Virus record (IMG/VR): IMGVR_UViG_3300021067_000006
Location: 1 to 64,000 of that record
Length of the DNA stretch: 64,000 nt
Origin: a virus
Reading direction: 5' to 3' (one strand)
Of this stretch, positions 59,878-64,000 are shown one piece after another. Position numbers and translations under genes: made by a program. Each line of letters starts with the position of its first letter. Position 1 is the first letter of the stretch. Below the pieces are notes generated by a model. It did not search any database and was not told the DNA's origin. It worked only from the letters and a program-made list of their open reading frames with translations.

Positions 59878-62319
59878 TCAGAAGCCAAACCCCATCTGCT
59901 CGCGCGGCACCGGTCGTCCACGTTCACGCGGGCGAGAGCGTCCGAAGCTGCGATGCCAGTCGTAGTCGGGGAAGCACACCTCGAGCACGCGCTCGGTGGG
60001 CGGCCACACCAGCGTCTCCCAGAGGTAGTGCCGATCTTCGGTGCCGGGTTCGAACTCGAACAGCCCAACGACCTTCTGCGGCGAGCGCGCACCGTCCACG
60101 ACCACGTACTCGATGCGCACGCCTTGGCTCACGTCCATGCCGAGCTCGCGCATGCGGCGCGCGAGCTCGACGTGCACGGCCTGCGATGCCCACTCATCGC
60201 CGTGCTTTTTCTTACGGCGCGCGTAGCCCTCGATCTCGCGGCTAAGCTGCTTGCTCAGCACGAAGTCGTCGCGCTCGAGCCGACCCTTGAGCACGCGCGC
60301 GCGCCATCGATCGGCAAGCTCGCAGAAGTCGCGATGCGTGTACGGCAGCACAGCCGGCGCTTCCGGCCGGTCCATGCACAGCAGGACCCTGACGGCTTCC
60401 TCTTGCATCTCGCGAGCGAGTCGCGCGGAGTCGCCGCGCTTGAACTCGAGCCCCTTGATCTCGGGGCGCGACAGCTCATTCGCGCGCTTGCCGTCGAAGT
60501 GCTCGAACCGTCCGGCGTAGCGTTTCTTTTTGACGTAAACGAGAATCGAGAATCGCTTCTCGTAAGCGAGCTTGACGCCGAACGGCGGACGACAGCCGCA
60601 GCTCGCGAGCAACTTCGGATACAGCTCACGGTTGCACGCTTCGACGAACGTACGGAACCGCTGTTCTTCGACGCCCGCGGCGAACACCGAGTCGGTGTCG
60701 ACTGCGATCGTCTCGATGCCGTGCTGCTCGCGACCGTACGCAATCGTCGACTTGATCAGCCACACGCCGGCCTGCGCCACCGACTCGGCGATCTGCCGGC
60801 GAAAAAACCTCGAGAACGGCGACCCGACGACGCCGTAAAACGAGTTGTTGATCTGCTTGTATGCCGTGCTCCGACGGTCCGCGTCTTTCCACTCGTCAGT
60901 GCCTGGAACCGCTGCAGCTTTCGCGCGCTTCCACTGCTCGCGCAACCGCGCGATCTCTTCGACTGCGACGACGAGCAGCCCTTTCGGTTCGGTGCGGAAC
61001 ACCTCGCCCGTCATCGGCACGCGGCAGTAGCCCGGCGGCGGAGGCACGAGCTCGACACGAGGGTCAACGTTGGGCGCGATGAGACGCTGCGCAGCCTCGG
61101 GAACATGCGTCTCGAGCGACATGTTCCACGCGACGATGTTGCGCGGGTACATCGCCGCGAAGTCGGCAACGTCGACACCGCGAAGCACACCCTTGTGCTT
61201 CGGCTCCATGACGTAAGCGCCGGCGAATGGGTCGGCTTCGCCCGGCGTTTGGAAGCGCGATGGGAAGTGACCGCCGCCGCGCTCGCGCGCGAGCCGCAGG
61301 ATGAACGACTCCACGAAGCTCGTCGCCCGCATACCGCGCGCATCGGGGAACGTGCCGCACACGAGGCACAACTCGATCATCAGCTCGATGAAGCCGGTGC
61401 GCTTCTCAATGCGCCACGCGAGCTCAGTGTCGACGACGTTGTAATCGCTGAGCAGCGCGCGCTGCTCGCCACCGGCGGCCCAGTAATCCCAGGACTTGCG
61501 CGCTTCAACGGAAAGCTTCGCGACGTCGGCCTCGCCGTGCAGCACACGCGCTGCCACGCGGCCGAGCGCCATGCTCTGCTTCTCCTCGCCGCTCTCGGAT
61601 GCCGAGATGTTTCCCTTGCGAAAGATGGCGAGGTGATCGGCCGTGAGCCAGCGCCTCAGGTTCACGCGGATACCGAGCCGCGCGACGCGCGCGCCAAGCA
61701 CCGGGAAGTCGAAGCCGTGCTCGTCATCCTCCCAATCGTCGCCGCCGTACCACGCGAGCACGAGGTCGACCGACATGAGCTCGTCGAATAGGTCCTCGAG
61801 CAGCAGCGTCTCGGCCTCGTCGGTGTCGTGCTCGAGCACGCCTCTGACCTTCTCGCCGTCCTCGAACGTGAGCGACCAGCACAGCACGCGCGCCTCGCTC
61901 TTCTGCGACATCGGCACACGCGAATCCGTCTCGATGTCGAGGATCGCCCAACGCGGGCGCTGCACCGAGAACCCGCGCTCGACCATCACGCGGCGCACCG
62001 GGTTCAGGTCGCCTTCATACGTGGCGATGCCGCGCTGCTCGAAGTAGCCGCCGCGCCCACAGAACGACCGCGCGACGTCGTAGCTCGCCCAGCGCAGCCG
62101 AACCCAATCGCCCTCGATCGCGTAGCCGCGCACCGCGCGCGATCGCTTCGCCTGCGCTTCGATGTCCGCGGCGAAGTCCTCGCGTCGGATGTGGCACGCG
62201 TACTCGGCGGGGAACAGATGCTTGCTGACAGAGCCGTCCTGCTCACGGCGCAGCAGCACCACGCGGTCGCCAGCGACGAACCCGTTGACGAAAAATTGAG
62301 GCGGACCCGACCCGTTCAT
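59878..62319 (-). CDS. polB: family B DNA polymerase
   Basis: Exo 'LDIET','FDFP','YNVVD'; Pol 'DFAAMYP','KQINNSFYG','DTDS','KKRY','KGLE'. Confidence 0.95.
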   Translation of the reverse strand: MNGSGPPQFFVNGFVAGDRVVLLRREQDGSVSKHLFPAEYACHIRREDFAADIEAQAKRSRAVRGYAIEGDWVRLRWASYDVARSFCGRGGYFEQRGIATYEGDLNPVRRVMVERGFSVQRPRWAILDIETDSRVPMSQKSEARVLCWSLTFEDGEKVRGVLEHDTDEAETLLLEDLFDELMSVDLVLAWYGGDDWEDDEHGFDFPVLGARVARLGIRVNLRRWLTADHLAIFRKGNISASESGEEKQSMALGRVAARVLHGEADVAKLSVEARKSWDYWAAGGEQRALLSDYNVVDTELAWRIEKRTGFIELMIELCLVCGTFPDARGMRATSFVESFILRLARERGGGHFPSRFQTPGEADPFAGAYVMEPKHKGVLRGVDVADFAAMYPRNIVAWNMSLETHVPEAAQRLIAPNVDPRVELVPPPPGYCRVPMTGEVFRTEPKGLLVVAVEEIARLREQWKRAKAAAVPGTDEWKDADRRSTAYKQINNSFYGVVGSPFSRFFRRQIAESVAQAGVWLIKSTIAYGREQHGIETIAVDTDSVFAAGVEEQRFRTFVEACNRELYPKLLASCGCRPPFGVKLAYEKRFSILVYVKKKRYAGRFEHFDGKRANELSRPEIKGLEFKRGDSARLAREMQEEAVRVLLCMDRPEAPAVLPYTHRDFCELADRWRARVLKGRLERDDFVLSKQLSREIEGYARRKKKHGDEWASQAVHVELARRMRELGMDVSQGVRIEYVVVDGARSPQKVVGLFEFEPGTEDRHYLWETLVWPPTERVLEVCFPDYDWHRSFGRSRPRERGRPVPREQMGFGF

Positions 62320-62398
62320 GCAGACGGGAGCGCCGGGGAAGGGAAGCCCGGCGCCGGAGGTTGGTGGGGTCGTCGGGTTCGGGTCCGCCTCACAAGTC

Positions 62399-63712
62399 CT
62401 ATGATGCCGCGTCGACCTTTCGGTGCTCGATGATCAACACGAGCCCGCGGCCCTCGACGTTGACCAGCCGATAGTGCGTCTCGGTTCCGTTGATCGCAAC
62501 GTCGAGCCCGTGCGGATCGTCGTCGACCGACGTCGCCGCGCGCGGCGTCCCGTCGACGTTGGGGTTGCGCGCGTACAGCGCGATCTCGCGACGCTGGCTC
62601 GAGTGCACGAGCACGATCTCGTCCTCGGAAACGATACGCGGTCGGGACGCAGGCGCGCCGCCCGTACCCGTGCTCGGCTTGTCTGCACTCGGCTGCTGCA
62701 CGTTCGCCGCGCTCGCCGCGCCGTTCGCTTCCGATGGCTCTGCCTTGCGCGTGCCGTCGAACGGCGTGCCCGTGCGCGCCGTTCCGAAGCCACCGCGCGA
62801 GCTCGGCTGCACGACAGGATCGCGCGTCGCGCCGGGATGTTCCTGCTGCACTCGCTGCTCGAGCTCACGACTGCTCAGCACCCCGGCTTTCTCGAGCAGC
62901 TTCGCGCGTGCTTCCTCTGGCACTCGCACGAGCACCTTCAGCTTGGTGATCCCAAACTTCCTGACGTCGGCTTCCTCGAACGCCGTCGCGACCGCCATCA
63001 CGTCGCGCGCGAGCTGCGGCGACATGTTGAGCTCGGCTGTGCAGAACGCCGCCCATGACTTGTACAGCGGCTGCCCCTTCGCATCGACGCGAAACTTGTA
63101 CAGACCACGATCGTAGTTGTCGAACAGGGCACGGCCTAGCTGCCAGTACGTTCCGACCGCGTCGCCCTGCAGCGTCTTGATGCGCTTGACCGATGCGTCG
63201 AGCTCTTTCGCTGCGCCCTTCATCGCCGCCGCGTTCGACGTCGCGAGCGGCAGCGCCGGCGCCTTCTCAGTCGCAGCCGGTTTCGATGCAGCAGCGGGCT
63301 TCGACACACCTGCCGGCTTCGCCTTCGTCGCAGCAGGCTTCGCCTTCGTCGCAGCAGGCTTCGCCTTCGACGCAGCAGGCTTCGCCTTCGCTTCATCAGC
63401 GGCAGCCTTCACCTGCACACCCGACGCCGCAGGCGAGTCTGCGGTCGGCGCGGTCTCACCGGTTCCGCAGTACGGACACACCGGCAGCGAGAGCAGCGAC
63501 GGCCCGCCGCAGCTGCGGCAGTCGCCGAGCTTTTTCTCGTCCTTTTCCTTCAGGACTATATCGGCATATTCGCGCACACGTTTTTCGACGGAGTCTTTCG
63601 CCGTGAACTTGAGGCCGGCCTGCTTCGCGTATTCGTTGAGGGTCGTGAGATTCACCTTCGCGAGGTCGACACCACGCACCAACTTCGGAACGTTCGCTAC
63701 TGCTTGAGTCAT
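62399..63712 (-). CDS. putative DNA-binding protein with Zn ribbon and histone-H1-like KAKPAA repeats
   Basis: CRSC..CPYC; KAKPAA(S/T) x4; 'YWQLGRAL..YKSWAAFC..LNMS'. Confidence 0.6.
   Translation of the reverse strand: MTQAVANVPKLVRGVDLAKVNLTTLNEYAKQAGLKFTAKDSVEKRVREYADIVLKEKDEKKLGDCRSCGGPSLLSLPVCPYCGTGETAPTADSPAASGVQVKAAADEAKAKPAASKAKPAATKAKPAATKAKPAGVSKPAAASKPAATEKAPALPLATSNAAAMKGAAKELDASVKRIKTLQGDAVGTYWQLGRALFDNYDRGLYKFRVDAKGQPLYKSWAAFCTAELNMSPQLARDVMAVATAFEEADVRKFGITKLKVLVRVPEEARAKLLEKAGVLSSRELEQRVQQEHPGATRDPVVQPSSRGGFGTARTGTPFDGTRKAEPSEANGAASAANVQQPSADKPSTGTGGAPASRPRIVSEDEIVLVHSSQRREIALYARNPNVDGTPRAATSVDDDPHGLDVAINGTETHYRLVNVEGRGLVLIIEHRKVDAAS
63313..63391. repeat. 21-bp coding tandem repeat (about 3.7 copies)
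   Basis: GCAGGCTTCGCCTTCGTCGCA units. Confidence 0.8.
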
Positions 63713-64000
63713 GAGAGAGGGCTTTCACTGGATTGAGAGAGGGTAGCTTTGAGCACACGGCGCACTGCGCGCTCAGCGTGCTCGGGTTCGATGTTGAATG
63801 CGAGATGCAGCATGCTGTTCCGCCGCACTGTTTCGACCGTCTGCCGGAGGTCACCGGTGCGAGCCAGCACGCCGAGCACGTACCGCTGCAAGCTCTCCTG
63901 CGCTCGCTCTGCGAGCAACGCAAGCGTCTCGCGACGCTCGCACTGCTCGTGCATCTCGACCGTCTCGTCGACGTCGGCAGACGCCTTTTCGACGAGACGC

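Noticed and set aside
61248-61269. TTTGGAAGCGCG inside polB as an eighth palindrome copy
   Set aside because: Only one arm matches and it is in a different codon phase
1-64000. tRNA, rRNA, integrase/att, IS elements, introns or inteins
   Set aside because: No recognisable motifs by eye; polymerase, RecA and DinG are of normal length. A tRNAscan/Infernal run was not possible

Overview
This window is a 64-kb segment of a GC-rich tailed-phage genome with a contractile tail. Essentially all genes are on the minus strand and most are coupled by ATGA/GTGA/TGATG overlaps. In transcription order (right to left) the modules are: (1) replication/recombination at 48-64 kb (family B DNA polymerase, SSB-like protein, RecA, SbcD/SbcC-like nuclease, Holliday junction resolvase, ParB-like protein, stand-alone response-regulator receiver, DinG helicase); (2) packaging at 43-46.5 kb (TerS candidate, SLT-like protein, and a large terminase split into ATPase and nuclease ORFs); (3) a long early/accessory region at 16-42 kb (small ORFs, ASCH, a ComM/YifB homolog lacking Walker A, a TGT/DpdA-like protein, papain-like protease, lipoproteins); (4) morphogenesis at 0-16 kb (portal, MuF protein fused to kinase-like and ADP-ribosyltransferase domains, scaffold, major capsid, neck, sheath, tube). 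Three cis-element families stand out. The first is four early-promoter cassettes, each with two covarying hairpins bearing an invariant GCUGA loop (boxB-like). The second is seven dispersed copies of a 22-bp palindrome, consensus TWTGSAWNCGCGCGRWTSCAWA. The third is a recurrent -10-like hexamer 6-8 nt upstream of about 20 start codons, suggesting leaderless transcription. I saw no integrase, tRNA or CRISPR array. All calls rest on motifs and synteny read by eye; no database search was run. A myxobacterial-type host is only a guess.
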